A stretch of DNA of 64,000 nucleotides from Clostridiales bacterium (lineage in GTDB: Bacteria; Bacillota; Clostridia; Oscillospirales; CAG-272), in the NCBI GenBank assembly GCA_022791685.1, contig JAAVZO010000027.1, forward strand, positions 8,473 through 72,472, read 5' to 3'. Shown piece after piece: positions 47,346 through 57,354 of this stretch. A program made the position numbers and the translations under genes. The stretch's first letter is position 1. Every line of letters starts with the position of its first letter. Below the pieces are notes generated by a model, which was not told the origin of the DNA, did no database searches, and saw nothing but the letters and a program-made list of their open reading frames with translations.

Positions 47346-48058
47346 CACAGGATTGGCTGCACCGCGAGCGTATGCTGCTTGGCGACGACGCGGTAGAGCG
47401 TATTAAAAATAAACGCGTTCTGTTGTTCGGCGTGGGTGGGGTCGGAAGCTATGTGCTTGAAGGGCTCGTGCGCGCCGGAGTTGGTACAATGGCTATTGTA
47501 GACAACGATGTTGTGAGCTTAACGAACATAAATCGTCAGCTCATTGCGGATACTTCGACTGTTGGACGGTCGAAGGTTGAAGTTGCAGCCGAACGCGCAA
47601 AGCTGATAAATCCAGCGATCGATGTAATTTGCTATCCAGTATTTACCGATGAAAGCAATGCTGTTGAGATTATCGAATCAGCTGCCCCCGATTACATCGT
47701 CGATGCAATTGACACGGTAACAGCAAAGCTTGCGATAATCCGCGTGGCGAAAGAGAAGAACATACCTGTGATATCGTCGATGGGTACTGGTGCTAAGCTT
47801 GACCCTACGCGGTTTCGTGTGGTGGATATTTCGAAAACGCATACTTGTCCGTTGGCGAAGGTAATGCGGATAAAGCTGCGCGAAATTGGGATAAACCATT
47901 GCGACGTGCTGTTTTCGGACGAGCTGCCAGTCAAGGCGGTAATGCAAAGCGAGCTCGAAGGCAATACAACACGCAATATCCCCGGCTCGATATCATTCGT
48001 ACCATCAGTAGCAGGGCTGGTTATCGCCGCTCATGTGGTGAAAGAATTTATAAAATAG
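47342..48058 (+). CDS. tcdA: tRNA threonylcarbamoyladenosine dehydratase (ThiF/MoeB-like E1 fold)
   Basis: GVGGVGSY nucleotide loop and ...IVDNDVVSLTNINRQ. 238 aa. ATGA overlap with secF. Confidence 0.8.
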   Translation: MTQDWLHRERMLLGDDAVERIKNKRVLLFGVGGVGSYVLEGLVRAGVGTMAIVDNDVVSLTNINRQLIADTSTVGRSKVEVAAERAKLINPAIDVICYPVFTDESNAVEIIESAAPDYIVDAIDTVTAKLAIIRVAKEKNIPVISSMGTGAKLDPTRFRVVDISKTHTCPLAKVMRIKLREIGINHCDVLFSDELPVKAVMQSELEGNTTRNIPGSISFVPSVAGLVIAAHVVKEFIK

Positions 48059-48069
48059 CTCTAAATTTT

Positions 48070-48112
48070 AGATGTGCAGTTTTGGGATATGAACTGCACA
48101 TCTTTCATTTTA
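48070..48112 (+). terminator. Intrinsic terminator after tcdA
   Basis: AGATGTGCAGT (48070-48080) pairs with ACTGCACATCT (48093-48103). TTCATTTT follows. Confidence 0.75.
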
Positions 48113-48166
48113 AAAATTATGCACAAATAGTTTTTTAAAAAAACTATATTTTTTCTTGAAAAGCTA

Positions 48167-48195
48167 TTGACAACGTGAGGATAATGTGGTATAAT
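48167..48195 (+). promoter_or_regulatory. Consensus promoter of rplJ-rplL
   Basis: TTGACA (48167-48172), a 17-nt spacer, then TGG-TATAAT (48187-48195). Confidence 0.65.
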
Positions 48196-48201
48196 ATTAA
48201 A

Positions 48202-48399
48202 TGTTGAGTCCTAAGACCACAGGTTAGGCGTAAGCCGGGTAAAGATTCCTGCCGAGGATGAAATTTCAAAGCTATATATTATATTGTGTCGATTGGCGCT
48301 TATATATTTGTTTGATCTTTCGCTCGGATTTGGTTCGGGACGAAGGATTTTTTACTTTTACGCAATGTTTGGCGTATAAATATCCCGGGAGGTGAAATT
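48202..48399 (+). promoter_or_regulatory. Ribosomal protein L10 leader (autoregulatory leader with an attenuator hairpin)
   Basis: A roughly 200-nt leader lies between the promoter and rplJ. An imperfect hairpin at 48315-48348 is followed by T6 just before the rplJ SD. Position and architecture fit the Firmicutes L10 leader. Confidence 0.55.
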
Positions 48400-48921
48400 A
48401 TGCCAAGTGAAAAGATTTTAACTCAGAAACAGCAGGTCGTAAGCGAACTTACTGAAAAGGTTAAGGCAGCAAGCGCAGGTGTTATCGTAAATTATTCGGG
48501 TATCACTGTTGCTGACGACACCGCACTCCGCGCAGCTCTCCGTAAGGAAGGCGTTGAGTACACTGTTTATAAGAACTCGATTACCGGAAGAGCTTGCGAG
48601 AATGCAGGTTACGGTGAACTCAAGAACGTACTTGAGGGCATGACCGCTATCGCTATCAGCAATGATGATCCGGTTGCACCGGCTAAGATTCTTAAGGAAT
48701 ATGCCGACAAGATCGAATCCTTTGAACTCAAGGGCGGCTTCGTAGACGGAGGCGTTCTCGATAAGAAGGGCGTTGAGGAACTTGCAGCAATCCCGCCGAA
48801 GCCCATGCTCGTCGGAAAGATGCTCGGTTCTCTCCAGAAGTCTCTCTACGGTCTCGCATATGTACTTCAGGCGAAGATCGACAAGGAAAACGGCGGAGCA
48901 GAAGCTCCTGCAGAGGCGTAA
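48400..48921 (+). CDS. rplJ: 50S ribosomal protein L10
   Basis: 173 aa with the typical L10 sequence and context upstream of rplL. Confidence 0.95.
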   Translation: MPSEKILTQKQQVVSELTEKVKAASAGVIVNYSGITVADDTALRAALRKEGVEYTVYKNSITGRACENAGYGELKNVLEGMTAIAISNDDPVAPAKILKEYADKIESFELKGGFVDGGVLDKKGVEELAAIPPKPMLVGKMLGSLQKSLYGLAYVLQAKIDKENGGAEAPAEA

Positions 48922-48976
48922 ATCTATCGCCTGAGTTTTTCTCAAATTTATTATTTATAATCGGAGGTTATTTAAA

Positions 48977-49351
48977 ATGGCTACAGAAAAGACAACCAAA
49001 ATTCTTGAAGATATCAAAACCCTTACTATCCTCGAACTCGCAGACCTCGTTAAGGCTCTCGAAGAGGAATTCGGCGTATCCGCTGCTCCCGTAGCAGTAG
49101 CAGGCGCAGCAGCTCCGGCGGCTGCAGCAGCTGAGGAGAAGACCGAGTTTGACGTAGTTCTCACCGGCGCTGGTGCTAACAAGCTCGCAGTTATCAAGGT
49201 CGTTCGTGAACTCACTGGTCTCGGACTTAAGGACGCTAAGGACCTCGTTGAGGGTGCTCCTAAGACCATCAAGGAAGGCGCTTCTAAGGAAGACGCTGAG
49301 TCCATCAAGGCTAAGCTCACTGAGGCTGGCGCAACTGTTGAAGTTAAGTAA
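48977..49351 (+). CDS. rplL: 50S ribosomal protein L7/L12
   Basis: Ala-rich hinge and a C-terminus [19 protein letters not shown]...AGATVEVK. Confidence 0.97.
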   Translation: MATEKTTKILEDIKTLTILELADLVKALEEEFGVSAAPVAVAGAAAPAAAAAEEKTEFDVVLTGAGANKLAVIKVVRELTGLGLKDAKDLVEGAPKTIKEGASKEDAESIKAKLTEAGATVEVK

Positions 49352-49370
49352 TTTAGCTTAAACATATCAA

Positions 49371-49402
49371 ACCGCTGACGGATTTCCCGTCGGCGGTTTT
49401 TT
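49371..49402 (+). terminator. Intrinsic terminator after rplL
   Basis: ACCGCTGACGG (49371-49381) pairs with CCGTCGGCGGT (49387-49397). TTTTT follows. Confidence 0.85.
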
Positions 49403-49564
49403 GCACAGTTATGATCTCGATTTAATTTTGGCTCAGCGAAATCTCAGAAAAACAGCGTTAAATCGAGTTATATCGCGAAAATGTCAATTTATCGGACTTC
49501 TTGCTGTGTAAAATCAGAATAAACATAGAATTTTTAAGAAAATCGAGATTTTTTGAAAAAACTA

Positions 49565-49593
49565 TTGATTTTTTCGACGTTTTCTGATACAAT
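49565..49593 (+). promoter_or_regulatory. Promoter of the potABCD leader
   Basis: TTGATT (49565-49570), a 17-nt spacer, then TGA-TACAAT (49585-49593). Confidence 0.5.
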
Positions 49594-49676
49594 ATTACCC
49601 GATATGTATTATGCAACTATTTGCATATTGTATCGGGTATTTCCTTGCAGGGCATATCGTTCGCGATTTGTTTTAC

Positions 49677-49735
49677 CATCTCTTTCCGGTATCCGACGCC
49701 GTTTTGTCGGAGAATTGGTTCGGGATGTTTTTTTT
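49677..49735 (+). terminator. Leader-embedded intrinsic terminator (attenuator) upstream of potA
   Basis: The hairpin has three segments: CATCTC/GGGATG, CCGGT/ATTGG (with G-U pairs) and TCCGAC/GTCGGA with an 8-nt loop. T8 follows directly (49728-49735), about 55 nt before the potA ATG. Confidence 0.55.
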
Positions 49736-49790
49736 CGTCGAACGATGGCATAAAAATTCATATTATCTAAAAGGAGCGGCATAACAGGAA

Positions 49791-50900
49791 ATGGATAAAA
49801 ACAAAATCATCGAACTTAGAGACATTACGATGGAGTATGAAGGCGAGCAGGTGTTAAAGGGGATCAACCTCGAGATTCACGATAAGGAATTCGTGACCCT
49901 TCTTGGACCTTCTGGATGCGGTAAGACAACCACTCTGCGCATTGTGGGTGGATTTATAACACCTGATTCCGGCGACGTTTTCTTCGGCGGCAAGCGTGTC
50001 AACGACCTTCCTCCATATAAACGTCCTGTCAACACAGTATTTCAGAAGTATGCGCTTTTCCCACACCTCAATGTGTTCGAAAATGTTGCATTCGGTCTGC
50101 GTCTAAAGCACACCCCAGAGAGCGAGGTTGCGAGACGTGTAGGCGAAATGCTGGAAATCGTCGATTTGAAGGGCTTTGACCGACGTGGAGTAAATCAGCT
50201 TTCGGGCGGTCAGCAGCAGAGAATCGCTATCGCACGTGCGCTTATAAACAATCCGAAGGTGCTGCTTCTTGACGAGCCGCTTGGTGCGCTCGACCTAAAG
50301 CTGCGCAAGGAAATGCAGATCGAGCTGAAAAAGATCCAGCAGCGTATGGAGATAACATTTATATATGTAACTCACGACCAAGAGGAAGCGCTCACAATGA
50401 GCGATACTGTCGTAGTCATGAAGGATGGCACTATCCAGCAGATAGGTACGCCGCAGGATATATACAACGAGCCGAAGAATGCCTTTGTTGCTGACTTTAT
50501 CGGCGAGTCTAACATTCTTCCGGGTATTATGCACCGCGATTATCTCGTCGAATTTGCTGGAAACAACTTCGATTGTGTGGACGCTGGATTTGAACCGATG
50601 GAGCCGGTCGATGTTGTGATCCGTCCAGAGGATATCAGTATTGTGCCTGCATCTGATGAAGTTCTCAACGGTGTTGTAGAGAACGTGCAGTTCAAGGGCG
50701 TGCATTATGAGATAATAGTTCGCGCTTATTCGGACACATGGGTGATCCATTCGACAAAAGCGCCTGAGGTTGGCTCGATCGTTGGAATTACACTGACACC
50801 AGAAGATATACATATTATGAAGAAGAGCGATGTTGAAAAGGTAAACTATTTCAAGTCCGAATCGGAATCGGAGGGCAGCAGCATTGAACAAGAAATATAA
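49791..50900 (+). CDS. potA: Spermidine/putrescine ABC transporter ATPase
   Basis: Walker [10 protein letters not shown], signature LSGGQQQR and Walker B LLLDEP, plus a TOBE-type C-terminus. Confidence 0.9.
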   Translation: MDKNKIIELRDITMEYEGEQVLKGINLEIHDKEFVTLLGPSGCGKTTTLRIVGGFITPDSGDVFFGGKRVNDLPPYKRPVNTVFQKYALFPHLNVFENVAFGLRLKHTPESEVARRVGEMLEIVDLKGFDRRGVNQLSGGQQQRIAIARALINNPKVLLLDEPLGALDLKLRKEMQIELKKIQQRMEITFIYVTHDQEEALTMSDTVVVMKDGTIQQIGTPQDIYNEPKNAFVADFIGESNILPGIMHRDYLVEFAGNNFDCVDAGFEPMEPVDVVIRPEDISIVPASDEVLNGVVENVQFKGVHYEIIVRAYSDTWVIHSTKAPEVGSIVGITLTPEDIHIMKKSDVEKVNYFKSESESEGSSIEQEI

Positions 50901-51801
50901 GCTTGCCGCAGCTCCGTACTTACTTTGGATGATAGTGTTCATCGTCGTTCCGCTGATACTCATCGCAGTATTCGCATTTACTACTACAGTATCGTGCGAC
51001 GCTGAAGGAAATATCCTTTCTGAGGACGAGCTCGCTGAATACCTTGCAGAGTGCGAGGAAAACGAAGTCGAGCCTGAGCTGACCGAAAAGAAGGTCTTCA
51101 CGATCCAGAATATTCTTGATGTAAGTAAATATTCTACCGTGCTTATCAACTCAGCATGGCTTGCGCTTATCGCGACGGCTATCTGCCTTGTTATCGCGTA
51201 TCCGCTTGCATATATGATTTCGCGTATGTTTTATTCGCGCCAGAAGTTAGCGCTAATGCTTGTAATGCTTCCTATGTGGATGAACTTCCTGCTGCGTACA
51301 TATGCGTGGATGACTCTGCTTGAAAAGAATGGACTTATCAATAAATTTTTCGCACTGTTCGGACTTGGTCCGTTCAATATGATAAATACACAAGGCGCGG
51401 TAGTGCTCGGTATGATCTATAACTATCTGCCGTTTATGATTCTGCCGCTCTACTCGGTAATGACGAAAATCGACGACCGCACTATAGAAGCCGCACAGGA
51501 TCTTGGTGCGAACAGCTGGCAGGTTATCAGCAAGGTCGTGTTCCCGCTTTCTATGCCCGGTGTAGCATCCGGTATAACTATGGTATTCGTTCCGTCGGTA
51601 TCGACCTTCATTATTTCGCGTATGCTCGGCGGCGGAACCAATATGCTTATCGGTGACCTGATTGACCTTCAGTTCCTCGGAAACGCATATAATCCGAACC
51701 TTGGTGCCGCGATATCGCTGGTGCTGATGGTATTCGTTTTCCTGTGTATGTCGATTACAAACCAGATTGACAATGAAGATATGGAGGGTGTACTGCTTTG
51801 A
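50884..51801 (+). CDS. potB: Spermidine/putrescine ABC transporter permease
   Basis: TTG start 8 nt after [14 protein letters not shown] permease loop. An acidic insert lies in the first external loop. Confidence 0.85.
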   Translation: MNKKYKLAAAPYLLWMIVFIVVPLILIAVFAFTTTVSCDAEGNILSEDELAEYLAECEENEVEPELTEKKVFTIQNILDVSKYSTVLINSAWLALIATAICLVIAYPLAYMISRMFYSRQKLALMLVMLPMWMNFLLRTYAWMTLLEKNGLINKFFALFGLGPFNMINTQGAVVLGMIYNYLPFMILPLYSVMTKIDDRTIEAAQDLGANSWQVISKVVFPLSMPGVASGITMVFVPSVSTFIISRMLGGGTNMLIGDLIDLQFLGNAYNPNLGAAISLVLMVFVFLCMSITNQIDNEDMEGVLL

Positions 51802-52604
51802 AAAAAATCACATCAAAAATTTACATCGCTGCGGTGTTCATCTTCCTGTATGCGCCGATATTTGTGCTGATTGCGAATTCATTTAACAAGTCGAAGAGCC
51901 GCACGGTATGGACCGGATTTACGCTTGATTGGTATACTAAGCTTTTCAACAACGAAGTGATCCTTAAAAGTCTATTGAATACGCTCATTGTAGCAGCGAT
52001 AGCGTCGATAGTTTCGACTATTCTCGGAACTGCGGCGGCGATTGGTATTTACAATATGAAGAAAATCACGCGTTCGCTGGTTATCAATATCACATACATT
52101 CCGATCATGAACTCGGAGATGGTCACTGGTGTATCGCTTATGCTGCTTTTCGTCGCGCTGAATATCAATCTTAGCTTTATGACACTTATATTCGCGCACA
52201 TCACATTCTGTGTGCCTTACGTAATTCTCAACGTCTTGCCGAAGCTGAGACAGATGAACCGCAATCTATACGACGCGGCGCTCGACCTTGGCTGCAACCC
52301 ATTTCAGGCGTTCCGTCATGTCGTTATACCCGAGATCATGCCAGGTATAGTTACTGGATTTCTAATGTCGATAACCTACTCGATTGACGACTTCGTTATC
52401 AGCTACTTCACACATGGCTCGACCTCGCAGACGCTGCCTATCACGATTTATTCAATGACACGCCGTAAGGTCTCGCCTGAGGTGAACGCGCTGTCGGCGA
52501 TAATATTCGTTGTCGTGCTCGTGATACTGCTTATCATGAATCTGAGCGATATTCGCCGCACATCTCCGAAGAAGAAAAAGCGTGTAAAGGAGAAGCAGTC
52601 ATGA
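51798..52604 (+). CDS. potC: Spermidine/putrescine ABC transporter permease
   Basis: TTG start overlaps the potB stop. The DAALDLG EAA-type loop is present. Confidence 0.85.
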   Translation: MKKITSKIYIAAVFIFLYAPIFVLIANSFNKSKSRTVWTGFTLDWYTKLFNNEVILKSLLNTLIVAAIASIVSTILGTAAAIGIYNMKKITRSLVINITYIPIMNSEMVTGVSLMLLFVALNINLSFMTLIFAHITFCVPYVILNVLPKLRQMNRNLYDAALDLGCNPFQAFRHVVIPEIMPGIVTGFLMSITYSIDDFVISYFTHGSTSQTLPITIYSMTRRKVSPEVNALSAIIFVVVLVILLIMNLSDIRRTSPKKKKRVKEKQS

Positions 52605-53833
52605 AGAAAAAAATATTAACTGCACTCCTTTCAGGCGCTCTTATTGCTTCATCAATAATTGTACCGATATCAGCCGACGATGAGCCGGAGTATTCAAACA
52701 GTGTAGACTGGGATAAATTCCGTGGACAGAATGTGACTATCAACGTCTACAACTGGGGCGAATATATATCTGTCGATGAGGGCGAGGAGGATTCCTACGA
52801 TACAAATAAGGAATTCGAGAAGCTGACCGGAATAAAGGTAAACTACACTAATTTCGCGTCGAACGAGGAGCTTTACGCGAAGCTGAAAAGCGGCGGCTCG
52901 TCGTATGATATCATCATTCCGTCGGACTATATGATTGCGCGCATGATAAATGAGGATATGCTCGAAAAGCTGAATTTCGATAATATACCAAACTACGACG
53001 CGCTGATCATGGACAAGTTCAAGGGCATGGATTATGACCCGACTGAGGAATACTCTGTGCCGTACACTTGGGGCATGGTTGGTATTATCTACAATACCAC
53101 GCTCGTTGACGAAGAGGACGATGTCGGAAGCTGGTCGATTCTCTGGAATGAGAAATACGCTGGCGATATTCTGATGTTCTCTAACTCTCGCGACGCATTT
53201 GCGATAGCCTGCAAGTATCTTGGTTATTCGATGAATACGACCGATGAGCGCGAGCTGCGAAATGCCGCTACCGCGCTGACCGACCAGAAGCTGCTCGTGC
53301 AGGCGTATGTAATGGACGAGATATTCGACAAGATGACCGGCGGTGAGGCTGCACTTGCGCCGTACTATGCCGGTGACGCTATAACGATGATCGGCGATAA
53401 TCCCGACCTTGCGTATGTAGTTCCGCGAGAGGGAACGAACCTGTTTGTTGACGCGATGTGCATTCCGAAGGGCGCGAAGAATAAGGAAGCGGCTGAGATG
53501 TACATCAACTTCATGTGCGAGACACTCGCTGCACTGAAGAATATCGAGTATATCGGTTATTCGACTCCACAGAAGGAAGTGCCAGAATATCTCGATGAGG
53601 AGTTAGCGAACAGCCCAATATCATATCCTGACGACGAGATACTCGACAATACAGAAGCGTTTATTGCGCTTCCAAATGCAACAACGAAGCTTATGGATGA
53701 GCTATGGACATCGATATTGACCGCGAATGAAACTGCACCGTGGACAATTCCGGTATTTCTTATCGCTTGTCTTGGCATGTCGGTCGGAATCAATGTGTTC
53801 CGTGCGCGCAAGAAGAAGCGAAACGCAGGATGA
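52601..53833 (+). CDS. potD: Spermidine/putrescine-binding protein with a C-terminal TM anchor
   Basis: PotD-family body (NWGEYI..., SDYM..., YTWG...). N-terminal signal peptide without a lipobox Cys. The C-terminal hydrophobic helix WTIPVFLIACLGMSVGINVF is followed by RARKKKR. Confidence 0.85.
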   Translation: MKKKILTALLSGALIASSIIVPISADDEPEYSNSVDWDKFRGQNVTINVYNWGEYISVDEGEEDSYDTNKEFEKLTGIKVNYTNFASNEELYAKLKSGGSSYDIIIPSDYMIARMINEDMLEKLNFDNIPNYDALIMDKFKGMDYDPTEEYSVPYTWGMVGIIYNTTLVDEEDDVGSWSILWNEKYAGDILMFSNSRDAFAIACKYLGYSMNTTDERELRNAATALTDQKLLVQAYVMDEIFDKMTGGEAALAPYYAGDAITMIGDNPDLAYVVPREGTNLFVDAMCIPKGAKNKEAAEMYINFMCETLAALKNIEYIGYSTPQKEVPEYLDEELANSPISYPDDEILDNTEAFIALPNATTKLMDELWTSILTANETAPWTIPVFLIACLGMSVGINVFRARKKKRNAG

Positions 53834-53845
53834 ATCGAGAATAAC

Positions 53846-53884
53846 AAAAACGAACCGCGACGGAAAATTCCGTCGCGGTTTTCG
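53846..53884. terminator. Bidirectional terminator between potD and accA
   Basis: AACCGCGACGG (53853-53863) pairs with CCGTCGCGGTT (53870-53880). A-runs and T-runs flank it. Confidence 0.8.
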
Positions 53885-53894
53885 CTAATATTTT

Positions 53895-54680
53895 TTACTT
53901 CTTATCGAACTCACCGAAGCGGCGGAAGCGCTTGTAGCGCTGGTCGCGCAGCTCGTCGGACGAGAGCTTTGACAACTTTTTCAGGTCATCTACCAAAATA
54001 TTTCGCATTTCATCGCACATACGGTCGAATTGTTCAAAATTTTCTGGTATAATATTATCAGCAACTTTAAAATCAACCATATCCTGTGCAGTTATATGAA
54101 GCGCGTCGGCAGCATTTGCTACTTTTCCTGCATCTTTCCAGAGTATGCTTGCACAGCCTTCGGGACTGATTACTGAATAGACAGCATTCTCAAGTATGTG
54201 TACTCTGTCAGCAGCAGCGAGTGCAAGAGCTCCTCCGCTTCCACCTTCTCCGATTATTACTGTAAGGCATGGAACACCAAGTCCCATCATTTCGAGAATA
54301 TTCTCTGCGATGGCTTCACCTTGACCTCGTTCCTCGGCTTCAGCTCCAGCGTATGCACCCTGAGTGTCGACAAAACATACTACAGGACGATTGAATTTCT
54401 CCGCCTGCTTCATCAGACGAAGCGCTTTGCGATAGCCTTCGGGCTTAGGGCAGCCAAAGTTTTTCTTAATTCTTTGCTGAATGTCGCTTCCCTTGTCGAT
54501 TGCGATGAATGTAACCGGAATATCTTCGATGAAGCCAACGCCTCCTACTATCGCGTCGTCATCTCCAAAACGGCGATCACCGTGAAGCTCAACGCGTCCT
54601 GTGAAGATTCCGTTTACATAATCTGCACCAGTTGGACGATGATTCTGACGCGTAGCTCTGAGTCTGTCATATGCTGTCAT
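53895..54680 (-). CDS. accA: Acetyl-CoA carboxylase carboxyltransferase alpha subunit
   Basis: GGSGGALA motif. The short 261-aa form overlaps accD by 4 nt. Confidence 0.9.
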   Translation of the reverse strand: MTAYDRLRATRQNHRPTGADYVNGIFTGRVELHGDRRFGDDDAIVGGVGFIEDIPVTFIAIDKGSDIQQRIKKNFGCPKPEGYRKALRLMKQAEKFNRPVVCFVDTQGAYAGAEAEERGQGEAIAENILEMMGLGVPCLTVIIGEGGSGGALALAAADRVHILENAVYSVISPEGCASILWKDAGKVANAADALHITAQDMVDFKVADNIIPENFEQFDRMCDEMRNILVDDLKKLSKLSSDELRDQRYKRFRRFGEFDKK

Positions 54681-55522
54681 ACTGCCGCCCCCTTGCGTTT
54701 TTTGGATTTATGATGGATTTTCAGTAGGTTCTCAAGTGTATCACGAAGTTCATCGCGCTTTACTATATTATCGATGAATCCGTGTTCAAGCAGGAATTCA
54801 GCGGTCTGGAAATTATCTGGAAGCGCTTTTCCTGTGGTCTGTTCAACAACACGGCGACCTGCAAATCCGATGAGCGCTTTGGGCTCAGCGAGCAGGATGT
54901 CTCCCTGCATTGCAAAGCTTGCGGTAACTCCTCCGGTGGTCGGGTCAGTGAGCACGGTAATGTAGAGCAGACCAGCGTCGCTATGACGCTTAACTGCACC
55001 GCTTACCTTAGCCATCTGCATAAGCGAGATGATGCCTTCCTGCATACGAGCTCCGCCGGACGCAGTAAAGCCGATGACCGGCAAACCACGCTCAATAGCA
55101 GCCTCGAAGAGAAGAGTTATCTTTTCGCCGACAACTGAGCCCATGCTTGCCATGATGAAGCGTGGATCCATTACAAATATTGCGACCGGAACCTTGCCTA
55201 TCTCAGCGAGTCCGCAGACAACAGCTTCATTCTCTCCGGTAGCTTCGAGCGCCTTTTCAAGCTTTGTTGCATATCCGGGGAAGTTCAGAAAATCGCGGCT
55301 CTTATATTCGGAGAACAGCTCTTTAAAGGATTTCTTGTCAGTGACCATGTTGATACGCTCGCGAGCGCTCATGCGGTTATATTTTCCGCAGTCAGGGCAT
55401 ATCATGTAGCCCTTCTCGAATTCGGCATAGTCGAATTCTTTGCCGCAGGCAGAGCATTTTACAGCCTGGTGCGGGGCCATTGATTTAAATTTGTTTATGA
55501 TTGATTCAAACATTGCTATCAC
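54677..55522 (-). CDS. accD: Acetyl-CoA carboxylase carboxyltransferase beta subunit
   Basis: N-terminal Zn ribbon C-x2-C...C-x2-C (CSACGKE...CPDCGKY). SGGARMQEG motif. The start (GTG 55522 or ATG 55513) has no clear SD. Confidence 0.9.
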   Translation of the reverse strand: MIAMFESIINKFKSMAPHQAVKCSACGKEFDYAEFEKGYMICPDCGKYNRMSARERINMVTDKKSFKELFSEYKSRDFLNFPGYATKLEKALEATGENEAVVCGLAEIGKVPVAIFVMDPRFIMASMGSVVGEKITLLFEAAIERGLPVIGFTASGGARMQEGIISLMQMAKVSGAVKRHSDAGLLYITVLTDPTTGGVTASFAMQGDILLAEPKALIGFAGRRVVEQTTGKALPDNFQTAEFLLEHGFIDNIVKRDELRDTLENLLKIHHKSKKRKGAAV

Positions 55523-55592
55523 GAATATATCATGTAATATGCCAATTTTAAGATGACATATTACACAATATATTTCCTTTTGAGAATTTTGT

Positions 55593-56021
55593 TTATTCTT
55601 CGGCTTTTACAAGCGCAAAAGTGAACTCAGCTTCGACGCAGACTTCGCCGTTTACACGTCCGATACCCTTTGCCTGATAGAAGCTTCCGACCTTGCGGAC
55701 TATCGAGCACTCAGTCGCGAATTCATCGCCGGGTCTTACAGGATGTCTCCACTTGACATTCTTCATTCCGGTGAAATATGGTGTGCCAGAGTCGCACTCG
55801 ATAAGCATACAGCAAGACTGTGCGAGGATCTCGCACTGGATAACGCCCGGAACTACCGGATTGCCCGGAAAGTGTCCCTGCAAGAACCATTCGTCGCCGC
55901 GTATCTTTGTAAGTCCTACTGCGACCTTTACGCCGTCGCGCTCCTCTACATCAGCCTCGCCGAGCAAAAGCATTGCGTCGCGGTGTGGAAGACGGGTCTC
56001 CAATTCCTTATGTGTCAGCAT
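55593..56021 (-). CDS. fabZ: 3-hydroxyacyl-ACP dehydratase
   Basis: LPHRDAMLL and [11 protein letters not shown] motifs. 142 aa. Confidence 0.93.
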   Translation of the reverse strand: MLTHKELETRLPHRDAMLLLGEADVEERDGVKVAVGLTKIRGDEWFLQGHFPGNPVVPGVIQCEILAQSCCMLIECDSGTPYFTGMKNVKWRHPVRPGDEFATECSIVRKVGSFYQAKGIGRVNGEVCVEAEFTFALVKAEE

Positions 56022-56036
56022 ACGTATACCGTTCCT

Positions 56037-57263
56037 TTATTTGCAGGCGCGGAATGCGAGGCAGACATTGTGTCCGCCGAATCCGAGCGACTCAGAAAGT
56101 GCGAGTTCGATCGGTGCTTCAACTGCGGTATTCGGAGTGTAGTTGAGGTCGCACTCTTCATCCGGCTCAAGCAGATTGATAGTCGGCGGGATGATTCCGC
56201 TGCGGATAGTCAGTATCGAAGCGATAGCTTCGGCTGCTCCGGCAGCGCCAAGCATATGTCCGGTCATTGACTTGGTCGAGCTTACATGGATCTTTCCTGC
56301 GTCATCGCCAAAAGCAAGCTTTAATGCAGTAGTTTCAGTAAGGTCGTTGAGCTTTGTTCCGGTTCCGTGTGCATTGAAGTATATCTTTTCTGCATCGACC
56401 TCATTACCCTTCATAGCGAGCTTGATCGCGCGTGCTACCTGTGAGGCAGTCGGGTCTGGAGCGGTTACGTGGTGCGCATCACAGGTCGTGCCGTAGCCGA
56501 CTACTTCCGCGAGAATCTCAGCGCCACGATTTACTGCGTGCTCATATTCTTCGAGTACAAGCATTGCTGCACCTTCACCCATTACGAATCCGCCGCGGCG
56601 CTTGTCAAAGGGAAGGGAAGCTGCATTTTTATCGGTTGCAGCCGAGAGAGCCTGACAGTTGCCAAATCCGGCTACTGCGAGCGGGTTGATAACTGCTTCG
56701 CTTCCGCCGCAAATTATAGCTTCTGCTGCGCCTACTGCGATCGCACGGTAAGCTTCACCTATTGAGGTTGAAGAAGTAGCGCAAGCAGTAGTGTGAGCGA
56801 TACACGGACCTTTAGCGCCAAAGCGGATAGCTACATTTCCGGCAGCTATATTGCCTATCATCTTAGGTATGAACTGCGGAGATACACGGCGCTGACCGCT
56901 TTTCAGCAGATTTTCATGCTCAGTGCAGAAAGTTTCGAATCCGCCGATACCCGAGCCGACATAAACGCCGAGCTCATCAGGGTCGATCTTGCCTATAATG
57001 CCGCTCTGCTCAACTGCTTCATCGGCAGCGTAAAGCGCATACTGTGTGTATATATCTGATTTGCGTATTGCATTCTTGTCAAGGCGCTTTGCAGGGTCGA
57101 AATCCTTCAGCTCGCCAGCAAGAGTATATTTATTATCAGTGACATCGAAATGGGTTATTGTATCGATTCCGTTTTTGCCTTCGATAAGCGCTTTCGCGTA
57201 CTCATCAACTGTGTTTCCGATAGGAGTGACACAGCCCATTCCGGTTACGACAACTCGTTTCAT
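56037..57263 (-). CDS. fabF: 3-oxoacyl-ACP synthase II
   Basis: Active-site context TTACATS, plus HGTGT and GHNV regions. 408 aa. Confidence 0.93.
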   Translation of the reverse strand: MKRVVVTGMGCVTPIGNTVDEYAKALIEGKNGIDTITHFDVTDNKYTLAGELKDFDPAKRLDKNAIRKSDIYTQYALYAADEAVEQSGIIGKIDPDELGVYVGSGIGGFETFCTEHENLLKSGQRRVSPQFIPKMIGNIAAGNVAIRFGAKGPCIAHTTACATSSTSIGEAYRAIAVGAAEAIICGGSEAVINPLAVAGFGNCQALSAATDKNAASLPFDKRRGGFVMGEGAAMLVLEEYEHAVNRGAEILAEVVGYGTTCDAHHVTAPDPTASQVARAIKLAMKGNEVDAEKIYFNAHGTGTKLNDLTETTALKLAFGDDAGKIHVSSTKSMTGHMLGAAGAAEAIASILTIRSGIIPPTINLLEPDEECDLNYTPNTAVEAPIELALSESLGFGGHNVCLAFRACK

Positions 57264-57323
57264 AATCTATATAATTCCTTTCAAAAGGTTTGGATATTAT
57301 AAAGCTCAGAGTGCATTATGCGT

Positions 57324-57354
57324 GCTCGATAACATAGGTTATCGAACAAGTCTA
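57324..57354 (-). repeat. Copy D of the palindromic element, intercistronic between fabG and fabF
   Basis: Minus strand reads TAGACTTGTTCGATAAC-CTAT-GTTATCGAGC, with 9/10 stem pairs and a 4-nt loop. It starts directly after the fabG TGA (57357-57355). Its left arm matches copy B at 16/17 positions. Confidence 0.65.

Noticed and set aside
49604-49756. A leader peptide ORF through the pot leader (MYYATICILYRVFPC...)
   Set aside because: It has no SD. The frame runs through both hairpins and the T8 tract, and it has no run of regulatory codons. The structure-based attenuator reading is preferred.
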